Positions 36,090-49,169 of a DNA stretch of 55,383 nt are shown piece after piece. This stretch comes from Nemertoderma westbladi (Eukaryota > Animalia > Xenacoelomorpha). The notes under the pieces are model-generated. The model was not told the origin of the DNA. It searched no databases and worked only from the letters and a program-made list of their open reading frames with translations. Both the position numbers and the translations under genes were made by a program. The stretch covers positions 1-55,383 of the forward strand of contig JAUCBJ010001399.1 in assembly GCA_032718475.1 (NCBI GenBank). Reading direction: 5' to 3'. Position 1 is the stretch's first letter; each line of letters begins with the position of its first letter.

Positions 36090-38714
36090 GTTTACTTGTA
36101 CAGTTGAATGCCTACTGCTATGATTACAGCTAAAGCAAGTCTAGTAATTCAGTATCACTGGTAGCCTAATAATTAATTACCGATACTGCTACTCAGTGTA
36201 GCGTGATATATATATAATATATTAGAATACCGGTATGCTTATAGTATATATATAAGTATTATTACAGACTAGATTTGTCACAGAGTACCGGTATATAATT
36301 TTAGCACAAATATATATAAATATATAATAGGCCTATCGTGAATACCGGTATACAGCTGACACTTATAGTATATATAAGTATAATTATTACAGACTAGAAT
36401 TAATTACAGAATACCGGTATGATTTCAGCCTAAATTTATAGAATAAATATAATATGCCTATTGTAAATACCGGTATGTCAATTATTTTAAAATAATTGAA
36501 TTTCTGAATGTTAGGGGTTACTTGGTTACTTTACTTACTTTATTACCGTTATTTGAGCAGCAGTCCAACTGATATTAAGACCTAAGTGTTGTATAACAGG
36601 CCTACTATTTTATTAATAGATTTAGTGGATTTATATGTACCCGTATGAGGGGTTTTGTTACAATATTGAAATAGATGTTATTATTTCTGGGAATTAATCA
36701 CTACACAAAAGCTGTGCGCTCTCAGTGAAGTGCTACTTATTGGACACTAAAACAAATAATTATACTTCCTAAGTTACTTATCTACGAATTACTTACGATA
36801 CGGGTGAGATTAAATCTCTAATTAAACACAACAAAAATATTACGTACGAAATTTTAGGGTAATTTTACAGGGAACTACAAACCAGTCTAACAGAGTGTTA
36901 GATTTTCTGGTTATTACAACGGACAGGATACTATGGTATTTGAAAATAATAAGTAGTAGTAAATACACTGTGTTGTCCAGATAGGAAAATACCACTGTCT
37001 GACGACCTATAGCCGTATCGCTATAGGTACTACGTTATGTTTCACGGAGTGTTCCTACCTAGAAGTTAATTACCGCGGTCTACCAGAACCAACGTGCCTA
37101 TTAACCACTTTACAACACAAATATACTGCCTACACTCTAATTACCTTCGGAAAGCACTGTACACTAAACCCTAAATTAGGTACGAGTACTTGTACAACAG
37201 ATAATCAGTAGTTAAAAATACTTGAACAGTTAAAAGAACCACGGCATCTGCTGGAGTGACCGGAGCACAAAGTCGCCAGTCTTTACCTACGCCAAGCAGC
37301 CCGTGTAGTACCGGGGTTAATTTAACTATAACGGTATGTGTAACAAGCACAATTACTGTAGGAATAAACTTGGGGATATGAATGTTGCGAATAATCGCAT
37401 AAACTCTGAATAATAAATATTACGCTACCCGTACAGAATACTCAAACAAAATACAAACCAAACGCTGGCAGACTACCATCAAGCCTAAATAAACTACAGT
37501 ATGTGCAGATTCCAAAATGGTTAGTTAGTATGCGTTCTAACACGGTAGTACGACTTATTCTTTAGGAGGGGGTTGACCTTACAACTCAAGATGCCCCAAC
37601 TTACTAACTGGCACTTTATCGGACAGACTCTACACACGCAGCAATCTCTTCAGACCTAATAACAGCTAGACAACAATCCAGCCTACAAAATATCTGAGTA
37701 ATAACTATTACGGTACCTGAACAGACCACACAAACAAACATAGGCTAAAACGCTGGCTGTTGGCGAGAGTACACGCCATTGTAATATTCTTATCGAAAGA
37801 TATTAGATTAGCTTAGTTATCTTTAGGTACGCACCAAGAAAATTTTTGATATTTTATAATATATTATGGTCAGTCATATTGTCGTAAGAAATCTAAAATC
37901 TACTGTATAAATTACCTAATATGTGTGCAACGATACCTACAAATAACATTAGGTAAGTATTATTTAAACAACCCACCAAAAATATATTTAAAAAGGTGCC
38001 ATTTGCTAAATTTCTATTGGACGCCAGTCTTGCATTAGGCCAGGCGGGCATATGATTCATTCTATGTGCATAAGTCACAATACTTGTACAGTTGTACTCT
38101 TAAAACTCTAAAATTCTGAATTCTGTACTGTGCTGCACTACTATCAAGCCCAAATAAACTACAGTATATGCAGATTCCGAAATGGTTAGTTAGTATGCGT
38201 TCTAACACGGTAGTACGACTTATTCTTTAGGAGGGGGTTGACCTTACGCCTCAAGATGCCCCAACTTACTAACTGGCACTTTATCGGACAGACTCTACAC
38301 ACGCCGCAATCTCTTCAGACCTAATAACAGCCAGACAACAATCCAGCCCACAAAGTATCTGTACAATCTGAGCAGGGTTACACGCCTTCTGCTCAATATT
38401 AGCCTACTAGTAAATAAAACTGACAGAAATAGACCTAAGTAAAATCCCAATAAAAACCAGGCGTCCCCGATTTAATATCGAGACCTACAGGTATATAATT
38501 ATCAAAATCGAATAATACTGCTGTACCTGTACTGTTGTAAGTACCGGTCCGGGTGATCAGGCAGTCAGGCCTACAGATTACCGGTCGACCGGTACTTTAG
38601 TCTTGATCGCTTACGCCGCAATCAAGATCCTACAAACGGTTATTGTTCTTACCAGAACAATATTAAACTGTATTTATTGCCTACACTGCAATCAAGAATT
38701 TTACAAACGGTTAT

Positions 38715-39935
38715 TGTTCGCGCTTTTAAGACCTTTGGCAGTTTAACCCGCCAAATCTATATGTCTTCTAGGTTATAAATCTACTCCAGCCTATGACAAG
38801 TATTGAACACCTATAATAATTCTAACATTAGCCAAAGCCAGTCTGTGCGCGACCATTCACACGCTGGATATACCCGGGAGACTGGATTTGGATGCTTTAA
38901 TTTGATTGCGGTGCAGGCCCACTGTACTATTCGATTGATCGTTAATATATAATCTCTGACGAATATTATTCACTTTCGGGAAATATTAGCAGTTCCTTTA
39001 GGACGTGGCGCTCTATCTATTTAAACAGAGCTATGACTTACACTATACACAACCGTATGTCTTATAGATCACCAAAGTGCATTCTTTAGGAAATGCTTTG
39101 TTACTCGGTCAAGCACACACAGACTATTGCACACAACTGCACACTGAATTGCCGATATTCACTGATTTTAATCATATATAAAGAGAACAGCAACCAACAT
39201 TTGTAGGGCCTATTAAGTAGCATTGAACTCACTACAAACCACGATAATGTATGTCGCAAATTGTTATATATAACCGGTCTCTTTAACCTTAGTGTATCAA
39301 GAAGATTGGGTTTTCGGATCGTTATCAATATTCTTCCCAATAATAATAAGTAAACGAACGATACAATTAACAACACAGTAAATAGCAGTAAATAATGTGG
39401 CGAAAAGCAGTTTACGTCAGGGTGCTTAATCAGATGCCGAGGTGCAAAACCGTGATAACCGTTTGATGATCTTATAATTAAAGACGCTCTAATGTCAGAA
39501 AACATTCCCCGGCCGGTGTTCTAGGCGTGGGGGAAACGTCAGTACTGAATCCTGTAATTCTGCTGTACAGCTTTTTACACAAAGAGGGAATCTCTGATTG
39601 GTCGAATGGCAAAAAGCTCCACATGGAAACAGCTGATAGATGTCGTCATTTTGAGCTAAGCAGAACAAAGAACCAAGGCAAGGCTCCGGGCAAGCTACAC
39701 GTGTAAAGCTCAGCCGTTAGCTGTCGTCATAGTAACGACACTGTTTCAAGAGGATCTAGGGCGTTGCGTCATAGAATTGCTAATTATGTCCTCTAAAGTA
39801 CACATACAGAAGAAATAGCTTTTATGTCCCCTAAAAACACCGGTACAGCAATGACACGGCCTTTTATGCCTGCTAAACCAACTACAGAGCACTTTACGGG
39901 GAAAATAACCGGGCAATTCCGCAAAAGCTTTTACA
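38715..39935 (-). repeat. 5' LTR of copy C
   Basis: Direct repeat of 27752-28972. Confidence 0.96.
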
Positions 39936-40056
39936 AACAGAGTGAGCCTGAACAAAGAAAGCTCCACGAGTACACTAAATCAGCTGATAGATGTCGTAAT
40001 CTGAACTACACTGTATTAAGAGTATTTTGGCGTATTGCGGCATAAAATCGCTAGTT

Positions 40057-40577
40057 ATAGATAGATAGATAGATTTATTTATACATTATGTAAAAACAAT
40101 AACAAATACACCAAACAATGTACCGGTATAAAGGTATTGTCCAACATAACATATAGGATTACCCCTAAAGCTTTGCAGCTTATTTCCAAGGGGGTCCTTT
40201 ATGTTACTTGGTTACAAATACAATATTACACTACGCTAACCTAAAACCAATATAAAACGTAATTACACTATGTACATGTACAACTTTACCGAGAGCGTGA
40301 CAATGCCCGACTCAACGATAAAGATGTAATGTACAGAACAATTTATTATAAAACGTAATTACAGTATAAATAGTAAATAATTAATAAACTAATAACTTAC
40401 TGTAGGACTATTGTACCTATTTTTACATTGCACACGGAGGTGAGATTTAACTGCAGATTTAAAAGAATGTTGATTATCTAGGTTTTTAATTTCATTAGGC
40501 AGAGCGTTCCAATTTTTAATACCGTTAAAAAAGAAAGTATCAGATTCGAAGGATTTACAATTCGGGAGGTAGAAGTT
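40057..40577 (-). mobile_element. 3' end of a CR1/L2-group (Crack-like) LINE
   Basis: The minus strand encodes GIKNWNALPNEIKNLDNQHSFKSAVKSHL, followed by a 3' UTR with GACCCCCTTGGAAATAAG and AATAAA plus a (TCTA)n tail. Confidence 0.7.
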
Positions 40578-41320
40578 TGAAGCACTATGGTCTTTTTATT
40601 AACTCCAGAAAGACCAACATTTTGACAGTTAACTTTGAAAGTCCTCAGCAAGTCTCTGATCGGTTGAGCATAAGCTCAAACGATGATATGCTTGAGCATG
40701 TGGACGACTTCTGTTACCTGGGATCAAGGATCCGGAAGTCAGGTGAGGAGCTTCGAATACGTAAGGGAAATGCATGGGCAGCCTTGAATAAGCTTTCCAA
40801 GATTTGGAAGTCACCGAGAATTACTCGGAAACTTAAGGTCCGATTATTTAGAGCAGCAGTAGTTTCAGTACACCTCTATGGGAGTCCATGCTGGGCTCTA
40901 ACTGCTGAGGACACCAAATCTCTGGATGGCACATTCACAAGAATGCTACGCCGGGTTTGTCAAGTACAATGCACACATCTCCAACCAGACACTATATAAC
41001 ATTGGAGGTGTCTCATTGGTTCCCCTAAGCTTGACACTAAAACAAAATCGCCTCCGCTTTGCAGTACATTGCTTTCGCCGTGAGGACCAGCCAGTGCATA
41101 ATCTTCTACTTTGGTAGCCTCATGCAGTGATTAAGCATGGTAGACAGCCCATGACTTTCTTGAGACGCATCTTAAAGGACACTGGCCTTGAAGATGCGGA
41201 TGATCTAGCAAATGTCATGGGTGATAGGGAGTTGTGGCGGCGCAATTTTGTCGACAAGCCGGCACAGCATTCCTTTAAATGCAGCTGTAATGCAGCATGC
41301 CGATCCTAGTAGTAGTAGTA
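40578..41320 (+). mobile_element. RTE-like LINE 3' fragment with (TAG)n tail
   Basis: GLFINSRKT..LEHVDDFCYLGS..AWAALNKLSKIWKS. Confidence 0.87.
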
Positions 41321-41512
41321 TGCGTAAACTTTGGATGGGTTTATTGTTTTGATTCCGTCCACTTTTATTTGTGTTGAGGGCCCATGAAAGGTACATATCA
41401 GAATCAGACATTCTGCTGTTTCATATCACTTTGCAGTTTACCCACTATCATAGGTTATCACTAAAAACCCAGGTTTTAAAAGGGCTGAATCTAACCAAAA
41501 CAGTAAACGAAT

Positions 41513-41836
41513 TAGAACTCTACCCTCCTGTATGTTCCCATCCTTGTGGAACTCTACCCACCTGTATGTTCCCATCCTTGAGGAACTCTACCCACCTGTA
41601 TGTTTCCATCCTTGAGGAACTCTACCCACCTGTATGTCTCACTATTGAGGAACTCTACCCACCTGTATGTTTCCATCCTTGAGGAACTCTACCCACCTGT
41701 ATGTTTCCATCCTTGAGGAACTCTACCCACCTGTATGTCTCACCATTGGGGAACTCTACCCACCTGTATGTCTCATCATTGAGGAACTCTACCCACCTGT
41801 ATGTTTCCATCCTTGAGGAACTCTACCCACCTGTAT
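41513..41836. repeat. 33/34-bp minisatellite, distal block
   Basis: TTGAGGAACTCTACCCACCTGTATGT(TCCCATCC/CTCACCA) units, the same as in 47731-48510. Confidence 0.92.
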
Positions 41837-42639
41837 TGTTTGATCGACCAGATCTACAAACATATTCCTACTGTTTGTAGATTCCGAAATCACATCTCTA
41901 CTATATGTGAATCCTGCAATATCCTACTGTAAAGTCTGTGAATCATAAAGCATAAATCCAACCTTCTAGTAAACTCTTAAGTAAGCGAATCTATTGCAGT
42001 ATCGGTCTCGTTAACCGGTGAGGCAGAAAACAGTCTACGAACGGACAAACTTCGATAATACAAAATCCCGCGCAGCGAATCCTAGCAATCGTGCTGACTT
42101 GCTGACGGACTAAAGGCGCTCGTATACTTTGCCGCGGTGTGATTTATATGGTGTGGGGGTTGCTAGCTAAATATCTAACTAGCGGACGAACTGCGGCGTG
42201 GACAAAATTATTTTATATATTTCGAGGTGTAAATAATTCCTAAACGCGTGTGTGTTTTGGATTTTATAATCAAACTTTAGTTTTGTATCCCTTCATATTA
42301 TATAATTTACTGGGTCCGGTGTACATTTTACAAATATTCTAATTTTGTGGTCTGTAGGTCTAATACTCACAGATGATAAGGCTCCTTCCCCTTTTGTGTA
42401 TTTCCAGGACTCAAATTCAGGCATAAGGTTAGTAACTACGCCCGGAATTCGGCAATTTAAATCTACCAGGTCCCTAATACTAAGAAGAAATGTGTTAGTT
42501 TACTATAGTAGGCGTACAGTTACAATAGCTAGCCTGGTCTCCTATCTAGAATTTTGGTTGCCTAGGTGGGCGTGGCAACTTCTTATCAGAATGTCGGCGG
42601 GGACACGGTAGGTGTTAGTATCCCAAATAGCCCTAATTG

Positions 42640-44013
42640 GGATCTAGGACACTTCCCCCCCGGACACTTCCCCCCCGTCCAAGTAGGACACTTCCCCCCC
42701 GGACACTTGCCCCCCGGACACTTCCCCCCCCCAGTTAAAGTGTTAAAATTAATCTGGGTGCATCAAAGCAATAAACAAAAGTTAAAGATGGTTACAGGAC
42801 AAGTTGTATCTAAGTTTAAGTTTAAGTTAAGTTAAGTTTAAGTTTATCTCTTTTATTCATTAAAACTCATAGTTATGATAAATAACACATGAGGCAGTCT
42901 ACATTAAGAGTAGACTGATAATCAAAATGAATAAGCGTCGTAGGGCCAAGGTGTTGCTTCGCAGCACCTGTACGTACAGTATGTAAGCTACTATAAAGTA
43001 ATATACTTAAATTCAAGCTAACCAATTATAGCACAAACAAATTATAATAACTGAATAAAACATATGTAAATTTATATTTATATTAGCATCTATCCGTTAA
43101 GTTACCTCTTCCACCTCTTCTATCTAGACAAGTTTTTTCAAAATTATAAAAGAAACATTTTTATAGTCAAATTTTGTTTGTTTTTCTTTTAATTCCTTTA
43201 ATTCTTTTAATTTATTTTAATTGGGGGCTGCCGCCCCCAAACCCCCGCTTCTTTTCTTGGGGGTTATCGCCCCCAGACCCCGGCATTTCCCTGAGTGCCC
43301 GTGGTGAAAGACCACTTTGAAATAATTAATTCATGTTTGTATCATCAGATAATAAATTGACTAAGCCTAAAGTAGGAGCTGTATTGAATGTTAACCAATT
43401 TAATATATAAATTACTACAATATTATATAATTCAACAAAATCCTATTAAAAATATTGCAAGTAACCAGGAAATTTAATATGTAGTGTGTATAATATCTAT
43501 ATAGTATGTATAGTAGTAATAGGTATATCAATATGTAATGCTGAACACAGAATACTGGTCGACGCATGTCGATTTTACCCTGGAGAGGTATAATTTTGAT
43601 TGCAAAAATAATATTCATCCATATATAATATCCATATATCCATAATATCCATATAACATTCAATATTCCGGGGATGGAATTTATAGGTCATCTAATATAA
43701 TTAATTGTTTAAAGAATAGCAAACAATACGATGTAATTGCATTGATAAAACCCATAAATAAAACTTGGATATAAAATGTAAAATCGGGATGCAAAAGATC
43801 ACTTTCTGAGCTACGAAAGGAAAATTGGATACAACTTATCTGGATACAAACGGTCCGTTTACCTTACAAAATGAAAAATACGAATGTGCGAAGTTAAGAT
43901 CAGTCGGGGGGGAAGTGTCCGCGGGGGGGAAGTGTCTGGGGGGGAAGTGTCCGGGGGGGAAGTGTCCTACTTGAGCGGGGGGGAACTGTCCGGGGGGGAA
44001 GTGTCCGAACACC
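42640..44013. mobile_element. Mutator-like MITE with subterminal GGACACTTCCCCCCC repeats
   Basis: GG...CC ends and 9-bp TSD CCCTAATTG (42631 and 44014); a second copy lies at 53104-54105. Confidence 0.88.
42813..43120 (-). mobile_element. Short retroposed insertion with (CTTAA/CTTAAA)n tail
   Basis: Absent from the sister MITE copy and flanked by duplicated TATCTA. Confidence 0.65.
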
Positions 44014-47000
44014 CCCTAATTGTAATGCGCCTAGCACAATAAAATCGCAATAAAATGAATCGATATTGTGGGTGGTCTCCTTTCTACATTCCGCCGATGT
44101 TCCCGTTCACTGCTGCGGCCCGCTGCTTAACCTGCCATCTGTCCCTCAGTTGGGTTCACCGTGGTGAATCATGTTAAAACAGATGTAACAATAATTCTAA
44201 CTTTATTACAAATAGCAAACAAATTACAAAAATAAAGCACAAAGATAATCTAAGAAGTAATAGGTGTAGCTAATGATTGAGTGAAGATGTTGAATAACTA
44301 AGATAAGATAACGAAGAGCTAAGTAAGTGAGTAAGTAAGTGATAACTAATCGAGCAAACGCACCTTTTATAGTAAATTAGTGCTGCCAATAATCTAGATA
44401 AATCTAGATCATTCTATAGGTTCCATTACGTTTTTAAAGATAACCATTGGTCCAACAAACGCATAACTTGCACGACATTGGTTACTGTCAAATAACTGCA
44501 ATCACATTGGTTAATCTACCTTGAGCAGATACAATTCAATCGTAGCGGTCAATTCAAATAAGTTGAAAATTGGCACAAAAAACAATTTACACCTGCTAGG
44601 GTTTGAACTCGATACCTACCAAACGATTTTCTAACGTATAACCAACTGTGCTAGGCTTGGGGTGAAACAGACTGCTGGGAGGGGGGAAAAAAAATAAGAA
44701 AACCAGTAGGAAAACAAGGAAAAACAGAAAGGGGAAAAGAGGGAAAAGGGAAGAAAAAAAGAAAAAATGTGAAAACATTAGACATATTGCTGAAATGATT
44801 TATTTTATAAGTAGATAAAAAAGTATGGTTTTCATTTTTAAATAGGACATTATTTTAACTACTTCCATTGAAACCCCAGTCAAAAATGTTCATGCGTATC
44901 GCATGTGGGTCACGCATCTAATTCGCATGCGAATCGCATGGGAAAGTGTCGGGACCTTTAGAAGCGATACGCTTGCGGATATCATGCGAAGTACCCATGC
45001 GTATCGCACGTGTCTAGCATGCGATTCTCTTCAGTGTAGAATAAACCAATGGCCATATATGACCAAATAAATTAACCCTATCTGGTCCGGTCTGTTTTAC
45101 TACTCAATTGGCCCAGGGGGGGGGGGGGGCAGAGGGGGGTCATTTTAGACATTTGTTTATATCTTGGCTCAAAAATTATAATTTCGATGGTTTAAAGGTT
45201 TTCGAGGTCGCTGTTTACGATAAAACTTGTTAAAAAAATATTCTGGCAATGCAACCATCATTTTTAGTGCCATCTGGTGCTCCAGAATGAAAAGTACAAA
45301 GTAGCAAAAATTTCAAACTGTTAAATTTTGCCTTTGGTTTGATAAGTCTAAAGCTGTACTGGTTTTCAAGGTCGCTGATCATGATACAACTCGTTAAAAT
45401 CATTCGTGGGAATATGAATGCAACTATGATCGTCGGTGCTTGTCTGCTCTGGGACGAAAAATATAAGTAGCATAAAATTTCAAACGACAATCGAATTTGG
45501 TCGGATAATATGATATTGAGTGGCATATATGTGATCTACAGTAGCATCCTAAAAAACACCTTATGTCATAAAATCAGGTTGATATTTGGTAATGATTTTG
45601 GAATATCAAATTTGTGCTACTTGTATTTTTCGGGCTGCACATTGACACATATCCAAAAATGCCGTAATTAACAAGGTACGATATTTTTTAGTGTCATATT
45701 CGTGATCATGGATCAGCATCCCGAAAAACTCAAGGTGAAAATCAATTTGATTTCGTGGTGATATTTAATTATCATATTTCATTATCATAATTGAAAGACA
45801 TTGTCGGACAATGTCAGAGAAAGTGAGTGGCAAACACTGTCGGACAATATAACACAGGTGGTTCGAGTAAATTACGGCGAATAAAGATACAAAAAAAACA
45901 AAGAAAGAAAAGATACAAGAAACGTTAAAGATATATTCTTTGATGTAATAACTTCAACGATAAACTATTACTACATAATGTAATTTTTCTAGAATAAAAA
46001 GAACATTTCCAGTAAACAGAAAACATTGCCGATAAAGTTTTTACATTTATTAAAAATTCAATTTCATTGATAAAAATAATGAATCTATAAACAATGCAGG
46101 AGTGGGAAATAATCTGCGCTATAATAACTTTTAAGAAACGAGAATAAAGACACAGATATAAAAAAGAACAATAATACCTCGTAATGGACATTGTAAGAAC
46201 GTAGGCCATATTTTTTATAATTTATTTACTCCAACATTAATAAGCGCCAAATTTATAACATGGAAACGTAGACATAATCGCCTCAACCATTAAGCAATGG
46301 AATGTCAGTGATTTAGAATCCCATCCCTCGGTGCCAGCGCCCCCACATAGCGCCGCCAACCCATCCATCCATTGGTTGAGATCGGTATCGTCCTTAGCAA
46401 CGAACAACCACTCAGGGCCGCCTTTTTAACATTTAAAGTTTATTTAACATATTAACAATCTTAATGATATTATTTCATACAATAAGCAGGACAAAATAAT
46501 CTCCACTCCAGTTAAAGTTTAACGGTATATACTATATATCCATCCATCTTACTCATCGCTGTCGCTATCAAGTATTATTAGTTGCATGGCCAATGGAATT
46601 TGGTCCTGGAAATGGCAGAGGTAAAGATAACGTTGATTTACCACGTCTGGGTTGATGGTTCTCTTCACACGATAACAGCAAGGGTGGACCAATCAACTGA
46701 TAGCTCCTGAAATGAGGTCGTCGATTACTCCGGATATCCTGGGTTTGAATTTCCTTCCGGAGTTGTTTAAATGAATAACCATTAGCTTTCATGTCCCGAG
46801 AATTTAGTAAGGAAGGTATAGAAGTTATTGTCAATCATTTATTACTATGTATTATAATTTCAGCTCTATAATATTCACCACCACCATATTTTACTTCATA
46901 TGTATTAACTTTGCCAATTAAATCCCGTTGAAAATTCCTAACTTCTCTCTCTAAGTCAACCGCCCATGCCATATTGCTTTGTCATGCCGACAATATACAA

Positions 47001-47730
47001 TTGCGTGTGTAATATCCATATCAATTGTTTAGAACATTTAGAACATCTATTTGAGATATTGCTGTTTTAATCCGTGAATAATAATCGGGTATAATAATAA
47101 TCGCATAATAATGCAGTGATAATACAGTAATAGAGTAATAATAAAGAATAGGGCCTAGCCTACATCAGATGTCATGATATATGATGCCTTGGGCTGAATT
47201 TTGAATAATAGAGAAGCTATTGAACCCCTAACCCTACAGTACCGGTAGGTATATTGAACAGCCTCTGCCTTTAAACATCCTCTGCCTATTGCTATAATAA
47301 TAGGCTGATAATAGACCCCTAACAGCCTAAGGCAGGTATAGCGTATAGACAGGCAGCGTCACTGAAAGTACAATTTATAGAATTTAAATTTCCCTCTACT
47401 ACCAGAGAACTCAATATTCTCACTGGATTTTACACTTACCTTAGCAGCTCCCTACCACGTACCTTAACAAGCTACCACCGACCTTAGCACGCTACCACCG
47501 ACCTTAGCTTTTACCACGCACCTTAGGCATTCCTACTCATGACAGCATGTGCTAGTGCTACTGACCACTTGAACAATTTTGTACAAATATCTATACCAAT
47601 GCAACAAGGACTTCGTAATATAATCTTTGAATAACGTAAAAACTTAACTATTTAAATGGAAAATAATGCAAATAAATTCAAACTAAATATTTCAAAATTT
47701 TTATGGATCTATTTGAGATATAATTCCATA

Positions 47731-48510
47731 CTCACCATTGAGGAACTCTACCCACCTGTATGTTCCCATCCTTGAGGAACTCTACCCACCTGTATGTTTC
47801 CATCCTTGAGGAACTCTACCCACCTGTATGTCTCCATCCTTGGGGAACTCTACCCACCTGTATGTCTCACTATTGAGGAAATCTACCCACCTTATGTTCC
47901 CATCCTTGAGGAACTCTACCCACCTGTATGTCTCACCATTGATGAACTCTACCCACTTGTATGTTCCCGTCCTTGAGGAACTCTACCCACCTGTATGTTT
48001 CAATCCTTGAGGAACTCTACCCACCTGTATGTCTCACTATTGAGGAAATCTACCCATCTTATGTTCCCATCCTTGAGGAACTCTACCCACCTGTATGTCT
48101 CACCATTGAGGAACTCTACCCACTTGTATGTCTCACCATTGAGGAAATCTACCCACCTTATGTTCCCGTCCTTGAGGAACTCTACCCACCTGTATGTTCG
48201 CATCCATGAGGAACTCTACCCACCTTATGTTCCCATACTTGAGGAACTCTACCCACTTGTATGTTCCCGTCCTTGAGGAACTCTATCCACCTGTATGTTT
48301 ATATCCCTGAGGAACTCTACCCACCTGTATGTCTCACCATTGAGGAACTCTACCCACTTGTATGTTCCCATCCTTGAGGAACTCTACCCCATCTGTATGT
48401 CTCACCATTGAGGAACTCTACACACCTGTATGTCTCACCATTGAGGAACTCTACCCATCTGCATGTCTCACCATTGAGGAACTCTACACACCTGTATGTT
48501 CCCATCCTTG
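47731..48510. repeat. 33/34-bp minisatellite, proximal block, overlapping the 3' end of the WD40 exon
   Basis: About 23 units; the last unit is the exon end itself. Confidence 0.93.
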
Positions 48511-48672
48511 AGTCCAGCTGCCAGCAGATTGCCTTCAGTACTGAACTTGCAGCACATCACCTCGGCCCGGAGATCGAAACATCTGAAGAGTTTAACGTCG
48601 CCCTCTAGAGAGATTCCGTTAGAATCGCCGGAACCAGCTAGGTGACGGATAGTCGAGGTGTGTGAGGCACGG
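48492..48672 (-). CDS. Internal exon of a WD40-repeat protein gene
   Basis: Acceptor TTTCCTTTTCAG, an open 181-nt exon RASHTSTIRHLAG...AEVMCCKFSTEGNLLAAGLKDGNIQ and donor CAG|GTGTGT. It fits the WD40 pattern V.CC.FS..G.LLAAG..DG.I. Confidence 0.68.
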
Positions 48673-49169
48673 CTGAAAAGGAAATAATATACATCACCGT
48701 TGGAGAATATTGGAGTTGGATATAATTTATAGTTCAATAGTAAGAAGGGGGAGGGATTATTTTTAAGGGGTCGCAGTAAACACCAACACTCATCCCGGGA
48801 CCTCAATGAGTTCTTGGTAGTGCGGGGATTTTCGATTTATCGAAAGTCTCACTCAGGCAGTCAACGGATAGTTCCGTATTAGTACATTAGCAAGAAGCAC
48901 CTAAGGATATTATATTGCTGGTATTAACAAGTTATTGCACAGTAATAGGGCAGCATTAACCATTTCAAGGCCCCTATATGTTATTTTTAGCTGCTGGGGT
49001 CGTATGGGATGGGGGGGGGGGGGGGTTGTTTGTGAAAGAAGCCAGTGAAAAATTATTGTGGTTTTTTAACACTTACCGGTACTGTGTTAATCTACTGTAT
49101 GTATTTATCGATGGACTGTTCAGAAATGAAAACAAATAAGTTGGTGCCAGTTCCCAAGGGCAACCTAAC

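Larger units (their letters stand above)
27752..39935 (-). mobile_element. Complete non-autonomous BEL/Pao-derived LTR retrotransposon, copy C (12184 bp)
   Basis: Two 1221-bp LTRs with TG...CA ends, 5-bp TSD AACAG (27747-27751 and 39936-39940), a PPT-like tract at 28973-28980 and one long ORF. Confidence 0.96.
41837..44088 (-). mobile_element. Candidate LTR of an unrelated family (contains the MULE-like MITE)
   Basis: Begins TGT exactly where the minisatellite stops and ends CTACA next to a purine-rich tract on the minus strand. No partner LTR or TSD was found. Confidence 0.3.

Noticed and set aside
45072-45130. piggyBac-like end TTAACCC
   Set aside because: No matching second terminus was found.
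47731-48510. CRISPR-like look of the 33/34-bp repeats
   Set aside because: Units are head-to-tail with no unique spacers, there are no cas genes, and the context is eukaryotic.
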